Positions 25,802 through 37,553 of a DNA stretch of 64,000 bases are shown in pieces. The stretch's first letter is position 1. Each line of letters starts with the position of its first letter. The stretch is from the NCBI GenBank assembly GCA_051294375.1, contig JBJCIZ010000207.1, forward strand, positions 92,389 through 156,388, in the 5' to 3' direction. A program made the position numbers and the translations under genes. This stretch comes from Paraspadella gotoi (lineage: Eukaryota; Animalia; Chaetognatha). The notes beneath the pieces were generated by a model. The model was not told the origin of the DNA. It searched no databases and worked only from the letters and a program-made list of their open reading frames with translations.

Positions 25802-26334
25802 TGTAGAGATATGTCCTCCTTTTCCCCCCCCATTTATTTGTTTGCCTTTTGTTATTACCGTTTCTGCCGATAGATGCCTCTTTTCTTTTCTTTACAAGAT
25901 TACACTCCTCTTTTCTTTTCTTACCAGATATACTAGGCCCTATGTAGATACGTCACCAAACTGCCTTTTACGAGGCTCAGGACCTTCATGTCACGTCACG
26001 TTACTCTTTTGATACCGTTTCCAGACAGTCATTGTGGCCATAGACCACGCTTGGGACTTGTGGATGCGCTTGTGGTCGGACTTTCACTCCGTCATAGACT
26101 CGTGGACGGACTTGTGGTCCATACCATTCGACCACACTCGGGTGACGACAGCCTAGCCAATTACTCCACATCACGGTGAGCCGACGTTTCCGGCGCACGC
26201 GCAGCGGCGCCAGACGCGGCCACGCCCACTTCGGGAGGCTTCAGCGAGGTACGTGGAGGACGACGGTCCTCCGTAGCGGCGCGACGGCGGTCAAGCTGAG
26301 GCGGCTACACGGGCACACGGCAAGTGTTCGTACA
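25802..26334 (+). repeat. 3' LTR of BEL/Pao element
   Basis: Preceded by a PPT, ends ...GTACA and is followed by the TSD TAAGG. Confidence 0.95.
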
Positions 26335-26783
26335 TAAGGGTTTAACTGATTAATATTCACAATGATGTTTAAAAATCAATTAATATTAAAATTACTAATA
26401 GGACGGGGTAACGATAATAAAATTCTAAAATAGACCGACTTTTCGTTTCTCTTCGATAATCAAATAATAACCATTGCTTTGTAAAATTACAAATAATTCA
26501 AAATTTCAAAATTGAAAAATATTTACAATAAATACTAATAATAATGGGATATCAGCTGTCAGAACCACCGCCGAGGATGCTGATGGACGAAGATGGATAA
26601 AGATAGGTTCTGGCAGTTGATTAGGTCGAACAGCGGGAATTTTGTTGTTTTTTGTTGTTGTCGTTGTTATCGTTCTTCTTTTTGTCGTTGCAGCATCTTT
26701 CTCAGCACTACAGCGTATGTAGGACGACTGTTGGATTCGTAAGGCTTGTTGGAGATTTTTTTTGTTGTCGGCCTCAAAAATCT

Positions 26784-29700
26784 CTACATTGGCTCAGATC
26801 TTTCATTTTCGAGGTTGTTGTTGTGGATTTCGTCTTCTCCTTTCGTAGATGGAGTCGTCTTGCGTGGAGGGCTGGGAGAATGTGATGCTGGAAGGAAAAA
26901 AAGTAAAGGGGACTGGGGTAGGTCGGGGGAAGGTTGGGAAAGATTTTGGGTAATTTGGGTAATTTGGGTAGGGGTAGGTGAAGGAGGTGGAGGAGAAGGT
27001 GACGTCGCTCTTTGATTATGCGAACGCGTTGTTCTCGTAGTTGTAGCGGGTTGTCTCGTTCTGATTCCGGGTTTTCGACCTGGAGCTCTCCTCTGACGTG
27101 CCTCTGGGGTGCCGACCTCCACATCCTCGTCGCTAACCCATGCTGGTTTGATTCTAGCAATGTTAATCGTTGCGCGACCGACGCTTGGTATTTCCACAGT
27201 CATATTTAATCCATTTTTATGGATTATGCGAAAGGGTCCTTCGTATGGAGGGACGAGAGGGGGTTGGACGCCTGCCCTTCTGACGAAGACATACTTTGCG
27301 GACTCTAGGTTCGCCGGGAGGTGCACTGCCGGCTGTCGGTGGGCTGATGTTTCTGTTGGCTGAAGACTTCTAAACGAAGTTTCAATTACCTTTTTTCTTC
27401 GTTGTCGATTTAATTTGTCGTTGTTCGTCTGAGCGTCACCGAGTATGTCGCCGGGGATGCCGATACCCTCGCCGAATACGAGGTCGGCTGCAGAGGCTCC
27501 AATGTCTTCTTTCACAGTGGTTCTGATCGCTAAAACTTGTCGACGATGGTGAGCAGATGGGAGATGCCGTTGGACTTGGGCATCTTCACCAGGTCGAGGT
27601 TAAGGTGTTGGAATCGGCGAGCTGGTACTTCGAAATTGCCTATTTCGGGAACTGTATGTTTGTTTATTTTTGCTCGTTGACAACTTATACAGTTACGTGC
27701 CCATTGGGAGACGTCTTGCCTCATTCCAGTACACACAAACTTTGCAGCGACTGCCTTTTGAGAAGCATCAACTCCAGGATGTCCTCGTCCATGTATTATG
27801 TCAAATATTTTTCGACGCCAGGCCGTTGGAACAAAAGAACGCGCGGGACCATTCAAAATATCGACGAGTAGTTCATAGTCTCCGACTTTTATTTTTCTGA
27901 AGGAGAGGCCGGAGTGGGCGTCCTCTGCGATCCTCTGAAACTCTGGGTTGAGGGTTTGTTCCTTGGCAAGTTGCTCAATGTCCACTTCGAAGTTTGTTAG
28001 TGACGCTATGACAGCGTTGACGTCTTCAAGTTTATCAGATTTGATTGGTCGATCAAGTTTCTCGCCGCTTGGCGTCGACGTTGACGCTGGTGATAACGCT
28101 GGCTTTGGTGCTGGCACTGACGTTGACGCTGAAATTGACGCTGCGATTGGAGCTTGTTTTTGCGTGATGACAGAGATTGATTCTGCTGTCGATGTTGACG
28201 CTTTAGTCTCCTCTTTTTTGTCGCCTTTTGTAATTGACGTTGTCGACGCGGCGTTAGAACGAGAGAGGGCGTCGGCAACGACATTTGCCTTGCCCTTGAG
28301 ATATCCTACATCCGTTGTAAATTCAGCGATTGCTGATAGTTGGTACGATTGTAGTCTGGGGCTCAGTTTTTTTTCGTATGGCGGAGACTAAACTCTGGTG
28401 GTCCGTGTAAAGGGTGAAGGCGCGGCCTTTGACCCAATGGCGGAAGTGTCTCACTGCCCTAAAGGCGCCGTAAAGCTCTCTATCGAACGGTGGCCAGAGC
28501 TTTTCTTGGCAAGTTTCGCGGAGAAGAAGTCTAGGGGCTCCCAGCCCTTCGGTCCTCGCTGCTCCAGAACGGCGCCGACGGCGTGGTCTGAAGCATCCGT
28601 TGTGATGCACAGTTGTGCTCCAGTACGAGGATGATGGAGAAGGGCTGCGGAGATTAATCTCTCCTTGATGCCTCAAACGCGTTTTCGCAGTCTGTCGTCC
28701 AGTTCAAGGCTTTCGGCTTTCCACTTAGAGCTTCATATAGTGGTGCGCAGCGGTGAGCGACTCTTGGGATGAAACAACGATAGTAGTTAATCATCCCAAG
28801 AAATCGTTGAAGCTCTTTGATCGACGTTGGTCTCGTGGTTTCTTGGAGAGTTTTTACTCTCTGGAAGAGGTCGTACTCCGTTTCGATCGACAAGAAAACC
28901 GAGAAACTCAAGCGAGTCTTGGCCCAGTAGACATTTTTTGGTGTTAACCACCAGTCCGTTCTCGTCGGGAGCCTTGAAGACTCTTTCCAGGTCTTGGAGA
29001 TGTTCCTCGGGCGTTGGCGATGGCATGAGGATGTCGTCCAAGTAGATGAAGGTATGTCTCCTAATATCTCCTAATGTCTCCTAATGTCTCCTAATATGTG
29101 ATCCATCAGCCGCTGAAAGTCCTGTCCGGCGTTTTTAAGGCCGAACGGACAGCGGGGGAACACATAGGCCGAAGGTCGTTATCACGGCCGTCTTCTTTAC
29201 ATCCTCTGGATTCATCGGGATTTGGTGGTAACCTTTGAGCAAGTCTATTTTCGAAAAAATAGTCTTGCCCTCCATTTGCGAATTGAAATCCAAGAGGAGC
29301 TTAACTGGATATCTGTCGTCGATGGTCTGGGCGTTGAGACAGCAATAGTCGCTGCAGCAACGCCACCCTCCATCCGGTTTCGAGACGACGTGGAGCGGGG
29401 ACGACCACTCCGATTTTCCATGCTTCGCGATCCCGAGGGAGACCATTTTCTCCAGTTCTCTTTTGGCCATGGCCAGCTTTTCCGGGTCGAGGCGACGCGC
29501 TAGTGACTGGCACGGGCGCCCTTCCGTCGGTATAGAATGGGTGACGCCGTGGCGTGGCTCCATTTCAAAAGTGGGCGTCGAAAATGAGGGGAAGGACTCC
29601 AATAGCTTATAGTACTTCTCGCCTTTTCTATCTACGAAGTTGACGTGTGCAGCAGTCTCCTTTGAAGTCAACGCCGCGATTGTCGAGTAGTTTCAAAGGT

Positions 29701-30670
29701 CAATGAGAAGTCCATCTCGATGGTTAGGTGCTAAGTAATTCTCTGCTAAAAAATCGGCACTGAGAATATTCTGCTTGACGTCTGCAACGACAAAACTATG
29801 TATTTTCGATTGCCAAGTTGAACTGTTCTTTCCACCGTCCCGTAGCAGTTGATGGACTAGCCGTTGGCTGCCTGAAGTTTTAGCTGCGAATCTGGGCCGC
29901 GGCTGCGCTGCTGCGACGTCGATGGCACAATCAACAAAGCGCCTCCATCGATGAGCCACTTCGTCCGATCCCCGGCGTCCCTGATGAAAATTAGGTCGTT
30001 CGACGCAGGTGAACGTGTTGACTCGTGGGGGACGGCGTTCACCTGCGTCGTCCCCCTTTGGCGTTTCCCTCTTTCCTCTTTTGCATTTTGTCGAAACGGG
30101 CGCATCCCGGCTCGCAGGACCAGGCCTCGCTTCCGAATTTAATGTGCTTAGCACAGAGTAGTGAGTTTGGCCTTGGTTTTTCCTTTGGTCGGGGCGTTAG
30201 GGCGTCATTTGTTGTTTTTTTTCTGAGATCGTCGATAGTAAGAGTTTTCGTTTTTTTGACTAATTGAGCGAGAATTTTTGAATGTTTGGCGCCGTCGATG
30301 TCGAGGTTGTCGAGGAGGGTGGCTGCCTGCTGGCGCCGGGTTAGGCCGTACTCCTTGCGTAGGTAGCGGATAAATTGGTCCCATGCCTCCTCGGTCGCGT
30401 CGCCGAACAGAAATTGATTGATGTTGGGATCAACGTCGATGGCGATCTTCGACGATGTGCAAATTTGTTTTTAGGAGCGGTGACGCCAGCGCGCGTGTAG
30501 GCGGCCTCCACCCTCCTAATCCAGATCTCGATATTGTCCTTGTCGAAGTCGGGTAGGTCCGGCTTTCTATTCGACGCCCGCTCGAGAGCACGCGTGGCGG
30601 CGGCGAGAGCGGCGCGGAGTTCAGCGTTCTCGTCCTGTAAGTCCCTGTCGGTGGCGCCGGCCATTGCCAT
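26784..30670 (-). pseudogene. gag-pol of Gypsy B (frameshifted)
   Basis: gag LPDFDKDNIEIWIRRVEA; protease WLIDGGA; RT FSKIDLLKGYHQIP and YLDD; RNase H FDRELYGAFRAVRHFRH..YTDHQSL; integrase HPG..CISCQRAK, FQHLNLDLV and PPYEGPF. Confidence 0.9.
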
Positions 30671-31029
30671 GGCGGCGTCCTCGAAGTTTCGGAGGTTGGT
30701 AGGTTGATTGGTCGCCGGATAATCGAATGAAGGCGTGGCGTCGGCATATACAGGAGACGTGGAACGGGAGAGTTGACCCCTGCCGAATCCACCCAGAACT
30801 CGCGGCGTCGTCGGCGTCGCGCTGTGCTGAGCGGAGTCTAGAGCGAAGATCTGACCCGCTCATCAAGCTGTCGTTTTCTCCGTCGAGTTGCCGGGGAGAT
30901 ATTGAAAGGGAAAGAGGAATACCGTGAGCGAATTGGGTCTCAGCTTAATTCCAATTACCTCACCCAATCTTACCTCAGAGAAGGTGTTATTTCACTTGTT
31001 CTCCCCTTGTGAAGGCCGATAGAGTTCAT

Positions 31030-31042
31030 CGCGGTCTCACCA
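31030..31042 (-). promoter_or_regulatory. Primer-binding site of Gypsy B (TGGTGAGACCGCG)
   Basis: TGG begins 2 nt after the LTR end ...GCCACA on the minus strand. The cognate tRNA was not identified. Confidence 0.65.
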
Positions 31043-31044
31043 TG

Positions 31045-31319
31045 TGTGGCAAGCTCTCTGAGTCTCACCACAACGTGACGATGGGATCTTGGCAACTGCA
31101 GAGATCATGACTAAGACGTTGGCGTTGAGAATATTGTTTCACTATGTCGACATTGCAGGGAAATATGTTCTCGTTTTAAGTATTGTTTTACTTAAAGTTT
31201 TCACCTCTGACTTTAATGTATTATTTACATTTGTAGATTCAAGTAAAAAGAGAGTGAAATAAAGAATATTACTTTTATTGTGATCGCGTGAAGATTTAAA
31301 AGCCAACTGACTTCAGTCA
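31045..31319 (-). repeat. 5' LTR of Gypsy B (U3 end truncated by ~140 bp)
   Basis: Matches 17390-17660 only; no TSD recoverable. Confidence 0.85.
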
Positions 31320-32294
31320 ATCACTCACTCAATCACTTAATCAATCACTCAATTAAGCAAGTCAATCGTTATTGGTATTATTGTCGTCGTCGCCCTCACC
31401 GTCGTCATTGCTTTTGTCGTGGTCATTGACGAAAACACCTAAAAAGAAACATTTCAGATGATAAATTAGAGATATTAAAATTAAAATAAAATAAATAAAA
31501 AAATATTACCAGATTTATCATAATTTATCATATGATTAGTAAGGCGTAGTAAAATTCCTAAGTTTAACTTTAATTAAAATTTTAAAAGTAAGGAACGAAC
31601 AACATTATACTTATGAGCATTTATGTACAAAAAAAATTTATAATAAATTTTACAATTTACGCAGTAGGCCATATTTATACTAGTACTAAACCAATAAATG
31701 TTAAAATTTTAAAACAGTTTTTTCCAACATTTTTTTGCAGATTTGGATTCGTCATAAAAAGTTGATAAAAAGAAATATAACTCCAGGTTCAGTTGAGATA
31801 AAATCGCAACTCCAGCTGAGGTAAAATTTTCTGTCCCCGGCAGCTATAACTCCAGCTCTACATCCCTGATTTAAATGATTTGCTAACCTCTAACTGTGGG
31901 ATCTAGGTCTAACTGGGTCTAAAGTCTATCAAAAACGGAAAGAATGGGAGGTGAATATATGTATTTGGTAACTAAGGTCTATACTTTATGTCGAAAAGTG
32001 TATATAAAAGGTCCAAAACGGGGAGAGAGAAAGAGACGGAGAGAGAGGAGAAGATGAACGGAACCTAAACTTGAACGCGACCCCGAATCCCCGTGAGGAT
32101 GATGAAAACTTGAGGGATGAGGAGGGAGGGAGGAAGAGAGAGAATAGGAACTGTAGACTCGCGTCGTCTACCGGCCTTCGATTCTGCTAACAAACAAGAT
32201 TTTGGGGGCGGACCGACTCAGTAGATTATAAAGTCAGAATCTACGATAAGCATCGAAAGCGTGAAAATAAATAGACCGACTGCCATAGGAGTCA

Positions 32295-32513
<219 letters not shown>

Positions 32514-34224
32514 TTAATCTGTTTCAAAGCGAAAAGTCCAGGATAAAAATTCTTACCATGTACATCTCGATCAGTGTCTGTTCCTCCAAGGTTGAAAAAG
32601 ACCCAAACTCATAAACTCATATAACAAAGACTTTGTATTCACTTAAATAAATAAATATTTACCGAGTAATAATCATTTAAAACGTGTGACAGATCAGCCG
32701 GCCAGTCATTGAATTTTTTCATATGCCTCTTTAGTTTTATAACTATACCCATCTTCAGTATTTCTAATCATGTATACACTGTGAAAAAAAACTAAACGCT
32801 CTATAACTCTATAAGTTTAATTTCTCTTTCATATTTTATTGGTTTGAAATTCGAGATGAAAAAGTTTCCTTGGTTTTCACCACAAAATTTTTAGTTGCAC
32901 CGCTAGTACTCATGGAGCAACTCTATAAGTCACTTTTCAGTCGGTCGGTATGTCTGTCCTTAGGTCTGTCCCACTTTAAAAATGCTCATAACTTGCTTAT
33001 AATTAGTTGCTCATTTGTTAAGAAGTAAAAAATCCTTACATTTGAGTGACTGCGAGCGCCACCTTCAGGAAATCCTAAAACTATAAAATAGGTGCGGTCA
33101 TAGAAATTTATTTTGGTATTTTTGCTTCAGAACTCCGGATACTGATAACTTAATGTCTTGTGAATACAACAGGAAAAAGTTTGACCTCCTAGCTTATCAG
33201 GAAAATTAGCCCATTTTTGATTGAAAATAAAGCGGTACAGGGCAAAAATAAAAAAAAATTGCAAATTTAAAAAATTGTTTAAACCAGTATATTATTAGCC
33301 ATTGCCGATGAAATTTAAATGCGTTCAGAGCGTTCAAATATAACAAAATCTAAGATATTAAATTCCATTCCTAATTATTTTACTGTAACAAGGTCTGAAG
33401 AATTCGATGGTGATGACCATTTTTAGTCGGATCTGCTTATCAGCAGATCCCGACTCCTATCACACTCCACCTTTTTTCGGTCCGCGCTCGCGCCTCCAAC
33501 CTATTGCTCCGCACCACTATACATCGCACCCACACATTCTACATATGCATCACTCTCTGCACCAAACAAACACTATCGTCGTCGTCTCCGTCCCGTTCCG
33601 TCGTCGTCCGTCCGTCCGCCCACGCTTGCACACACACAAACCAATACCGTCGCAATTCGGCACGGACGCTCGCGGTCATCGAAATTTCTGCCCTCGCCTG
33701 TGGGTCACGCCCCGCGCCCCCAAAACCTCGCCTCGCTGCAATTCCGCCCCATGGATCAGCACACGCTCTCGCAGGCCAATCGTCGCGCAGTCGAGACAAC
33801 CTTGGTTTAAATCATGAAACAACAAAAACAAATATATCCTTACACTATTTGGAACGCCAATTGCTCATGAGTGGATAGTGCAATTGACTTGAAATTTTGA
33901 GAATGGTAGGAAAGTGTGTGATTGAGCCGGATATAAAGTTTCGAGTGAATCGTGCGAGTGGAAATAGTTAAAATGGAAAACAAAGTAACATTTATTTGAA
34001 GTATTTTACTTAAAACTCATAATTATTTTGTTTATTAAAAATTGATAGATAAATCGAAATGAATTTTGTGTGTGGGTAGGAAAGTATGTGATAAAGCTGG
34101 ATAAAAATTTTTTGATGGAATCGTAGGAGTGGAAAAGAGTTCAAATTAGAAAACCAAAGACACATTATTGAATTTTTTAAAGTCTCTCTCCTCCTCATCT
34201 TGATTGATATGATTGATTGATTGA

Positions 34225-34545
34225 GATTGACCAAATCTCAAATCTAATTGACCAAATTAGCCAGTTGACCAAATTCTGCAAGTTAATCAAGTGTTGCAAT
34301 GACCAAATTATGCTGTTGACCAAATTAGGCTAGTTGATAAAATTATGCCAGTTAACCAAATTTATCGCGCCCCGGGTTTCCGAACCAACCACAAATTACC
34401 TTCTTAACTGATCAACATTATGTCAGTTGACCAACACCAGTCCAGTGACCAACCATTATAGTTCAGTAGACCAAATTATGTCAGTTAACCAAATTAGGTC
34501 TTTGACAAAATTATGCAAGTTGATTAAATTATGCAAGTTGAACGA
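34225..34545. repeat. ~18-bp degenerate tandem array (GTTGACCAAATTATGCCA-like)
   Basis: Repeated TTGACCAAATT units. Confidence 0.8.
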
Positions 34546-35094
34546 TAGCTATTCCCACTTAGTACTGGATTGACCTGGAATTTTGTATGTGAGTAGAAAA
34601 GTGTGTGATTGAACAGGAACCAAGTTTCGATGGAATCTTTGAGTGGAAATGAGTTTAAATGGAAAAAAACAAAAAACCTGTTTCACTAATTGATTATGCT
34701 TCTTTTTCCTTTTATATTAAATGTATATGCAGATGTATTAATAAGTCAAATAATTAATCAGTTAATTAATCAATATTCAATTAATTAATCAATAATTAAT
34801 TAATCAGTCAATCAATCCGTCCATCCGTCCCACTTAGCAAAAAGCTCCAATAACTCGTGATTGGCTGGTTGGATTGAAATGAAAATTTGTGTTGTTAGGA
34901 AGTGTGTGATAAAGCTGGATATAAGTTTCGACGGAATCGTGTGAGTAGAAATGAGTTTAAGTGGAAAAAACATAAGTCGCATTTACTAAAATCTTTTTAC
35001 TTATTTTAACAATAAGTACTCTAATTAATCATAATTGGATGGATAGATTGAGTTCAAATTTTTGTGTGGTAGAAAAATGTGTATCGATGCTTGA

Positions 35095-35157
35095 TATTGG
35101 ATTTGAACCCGAGATGCTCCATCCCTAATCGAGTGGCTCAGCTGATGTCGCCACTAA
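35095..35157 (-). mobile_element. Degenerate tRNA-derived SINE head
   Basis: Minus strand TGGCGACATCAG (A-box-like) and GGTTCAAATCC (B-box) at tRNA-like spacing. Confidence 0.4.
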
Positions 35158-35997
35158 GTAGTTAAGATATTAATTCAGTAATCACCTTTATAACTTACTC
35201 ATGTTAATGTTTTCCCTTTTGTCTTATACAAACAAAAGGACAAACCAATTTTGACTTATCTCAACAAATCTCAGTTGTTTTGCTTTCATCAAGAAATTCT
35301 TCTTGCCTCTCACTCTCAATGAATTAACAACTCTACTATAAGGATCCATTGTTATTATTATTCATTGATCTGTTATTAAATTAATATTTATGATTGCAAT
35401 GCTTTATTTGCTATTAATAACCAAACAAGTGGTACAGTAACTTTTACCTCAGAGCTTAACGAAACTATTACGCGCTCACGAGCGTCAGCGTCAACGCCAT
35501 TCCGTCTCTGAAACATCCTCAAGACGTTCGTCAACTCTCTCTGACATTGGATGACGCCTCCACGGCCAAAGTGATTTCTTAGCGCGTCATCCACATTGGT
35601 GAACCCAACGAAAACTCTTCCAACCTTCAACCGGCCCATCGACAAACTCATAAATGAGCGAATCAAGAGAGACCCGTCAGACCTATCGACTTCGTCAAGA
35701 GACTAACCTCACTGATATAAAGTTTCGGTGAAAACGTACGAGTGAAATGAGTTTAAATGAAAAAATATGAGTCACATTTACTTGAATCTTTTACTTATTT
35801 TAACCCATAATAGATTAGATGAAATTTTGTGAGCGGTAGGAAAGTGTGTGAAAAAGCTAGATATAAAGTTTTGACGGAATTGTGCCAGTGGAAATGAGTT
35901 TAAATGGAAAAACCTAAGTCACATTTACTTGAAGCAGAAAAATGAAACAAGTTAAAAATACCTAAAAGCATAAGGATCGTCGCAATTGCAAAGAGAG

Positions 35998-36062
<65 letters not shown>

Positions 36063-36092
36063 CAGTAAAATGAGCATAAGGACGTCGCAATT

Positions 36093-36137
<45 letters not shown>

Positions 36138-36656
36138 TAGAAAGAGAGAAGTCCGAGATAAAAATTAGCGAATAAAAAAGTTGTTATTTACTCACTGAAA
36201 TAAAATACTTAAAATACTTACAAAATACATAAAATTGATAAATTATTATTCCGATAACATTGTTTAATCACATGCAATATATCTATGTAAGCTAATATCT
36301 AGTAAGGGGGCCAAAATTGAACACTTTTATAACTTCTAGTTCTCTTAAATTTTTTTTTTCCCTTTTACTCTACTAATCGATTTTCAATATAACTTTTTGA
36401 ATTAGTTCATTGGTTGTTGCACTGAAGCTTTTAAATATTTATTAATATATAATAATATATAAAGTATTGACGGAATTGTGCCAGGGGAAATGGGTTTAGA
36501 TGGAAAAAACATAAGTCACATTTACTTGAATCTTTAATATTAATGATTACTAATAAATGTTTTAATTAATTAATGAATTGATTAATTAATTAATGTGAAA
36601 AAATGATGCAAGTTAAAAAAAATCTGAAAAGCATAAAGATCGTCGCAATTGCAGAA

Positions 36657-36695
<39 letters not shown>

Positions 36696-37395
36696 TGAGT
36701 GAGAGAGAGAGAGAGAAGGAGACATAAAATAAAATAGAGGATATTTGTTGGTTTTGATAAAATGTAAACAAAACATATTTAATAACTGTCCTAACCCAAT
36801 TTAAGGACATCGATGATGATAAGTTGAATATAAATTTAAAATTAATTATTACATATTAAAAATAATTAATTAATTAATTAATTAATTAATTAATTAATTA
36901 TCGTAGGCAGATCGACATTGTTTGCTCAAACTTGTTTTTGTATAATTTCATCTTTCTTGTCGGAAATGACGATTTTAATGTATATAAAATGCTAATAAAA
37001 TAGGGAAAACCTTATAAGTTATGATAATCAAATTATTAATTTTTTTTTAAATTTACATGAGCTTTTAAAATATAAAAATTAAGACCTGTAGTCGGGCATT
37101 GCCTAGGTTCACCCCGCCTATAAACATGACACCTTACGGATAGTCATCTTCAGCCCACTTAGCGCCTTATCTACACTGGTGAGCCCATCCTGTTGAGCGT
37201 ATTCCAACCTTCTGATTCCAGGCCCATGGACGTGCTGAAGATTGCTCCCCTCCCTCCACTGGAAGCAGTGCAAGGTGGATTACAATCTGGGGGGCATGTA
37301 GTCGGGCATTGCCTAGGTTTGTAGTTAGGAACTTAGCATTGTAGTCGGGCATTGCCTAGGTTCACCCCGCCTATAAGCATGACTCTTTCAGTTGT

Positions 37396-37468
37396 GACCC
37401 GCTGGCTCATTGAGTAAAGCCATCAGCTCATGACCACTAGGTACTGGGTTCAATCCCAACCCGGAACC
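37396..37468 (+). promoter_or_regulatory. tRNA-derived internal Pol III promoter (A and B boxes) inside the LTR
   Basis: A-box TGGCTCATTGAG starts at position 8 (37403); B-box GGTTCAATCCC at 37447-37457. The acceptor and anticodon stems do not pair, so it is not a functional tRNA. Confidence 0.75.
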
Positions 37469-37474
37469 TACCCT

Positions 37475-37553
37475 GCGGGAAGCGTGAGGACGGCCGTAAG
37501 CCGCCTTGGGGGTGTGGCGAACTCTCAAGCCTGGTTCCAAGCCCAGGACCCGT
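37475..37553 (+). ncRNA. Twister ribozyme, circularly permuted with ends in P5
   Basis: P5 GCGGG/CCCGT; GAGGA (37486-37490); TAA cleavage motif (37497-37499); GC (T2) then C-[TTGGGGGT/ACTCTCAA hairpin]-G; P4 CCTGG/CCAGG closing loop TTCCAAGC. T1 can form as GGA with TCC. P2 has one mismatch and P1 is minimal. Confidence 0.75.

Larger units (their letters stand above)
17827..26334 (+). mobile_element. BEL/Pao LTR retrotransposon, internally deleted, nested in Gypsy B
   Basis: LTRs 17827-18373 and 25802-26334 (TGT...ACA); 5-bp TSD TAAGG at 17822-17826 and 26335-26339; PPT GGAGGTGGGGG. DUF1759-like gag, triple Cys/His knuckle ending CRGNHHPMLH, protease YAMIDSG and AINTMFGWTLIGP. No RT or RNase H is visible. 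Confidence 0.92.
17390..31319 (-). mobile_element. Gypsy LTR retrotransposon B inside the CDK8 intron (same strand as the gene)
   Basis: LTR copies 17390-17803 and 31045-31319; PBS TGGTGAGACCGCG next to the 5' LTR; PPT GGGGGA before TGTAG. gag, protease, RT, RNase H and integrase lie in Gypsy order on the minus strand. Confidence 0.92.

Noticed and set aside
29053-29096. 10-bp tandem repeat (TCTCCTAATG) inside Gypsy B RT
   Set aside because: Simple local slippage that disrupts the ORF; no functional signal.
37396-37468. Functional tRNA-Met gene (CAT in anticodon position)
   Set aside because: The acceptor and anticodon stems do not pair and there is no T-run terminator. Treated as a tRNA-derived promoter.
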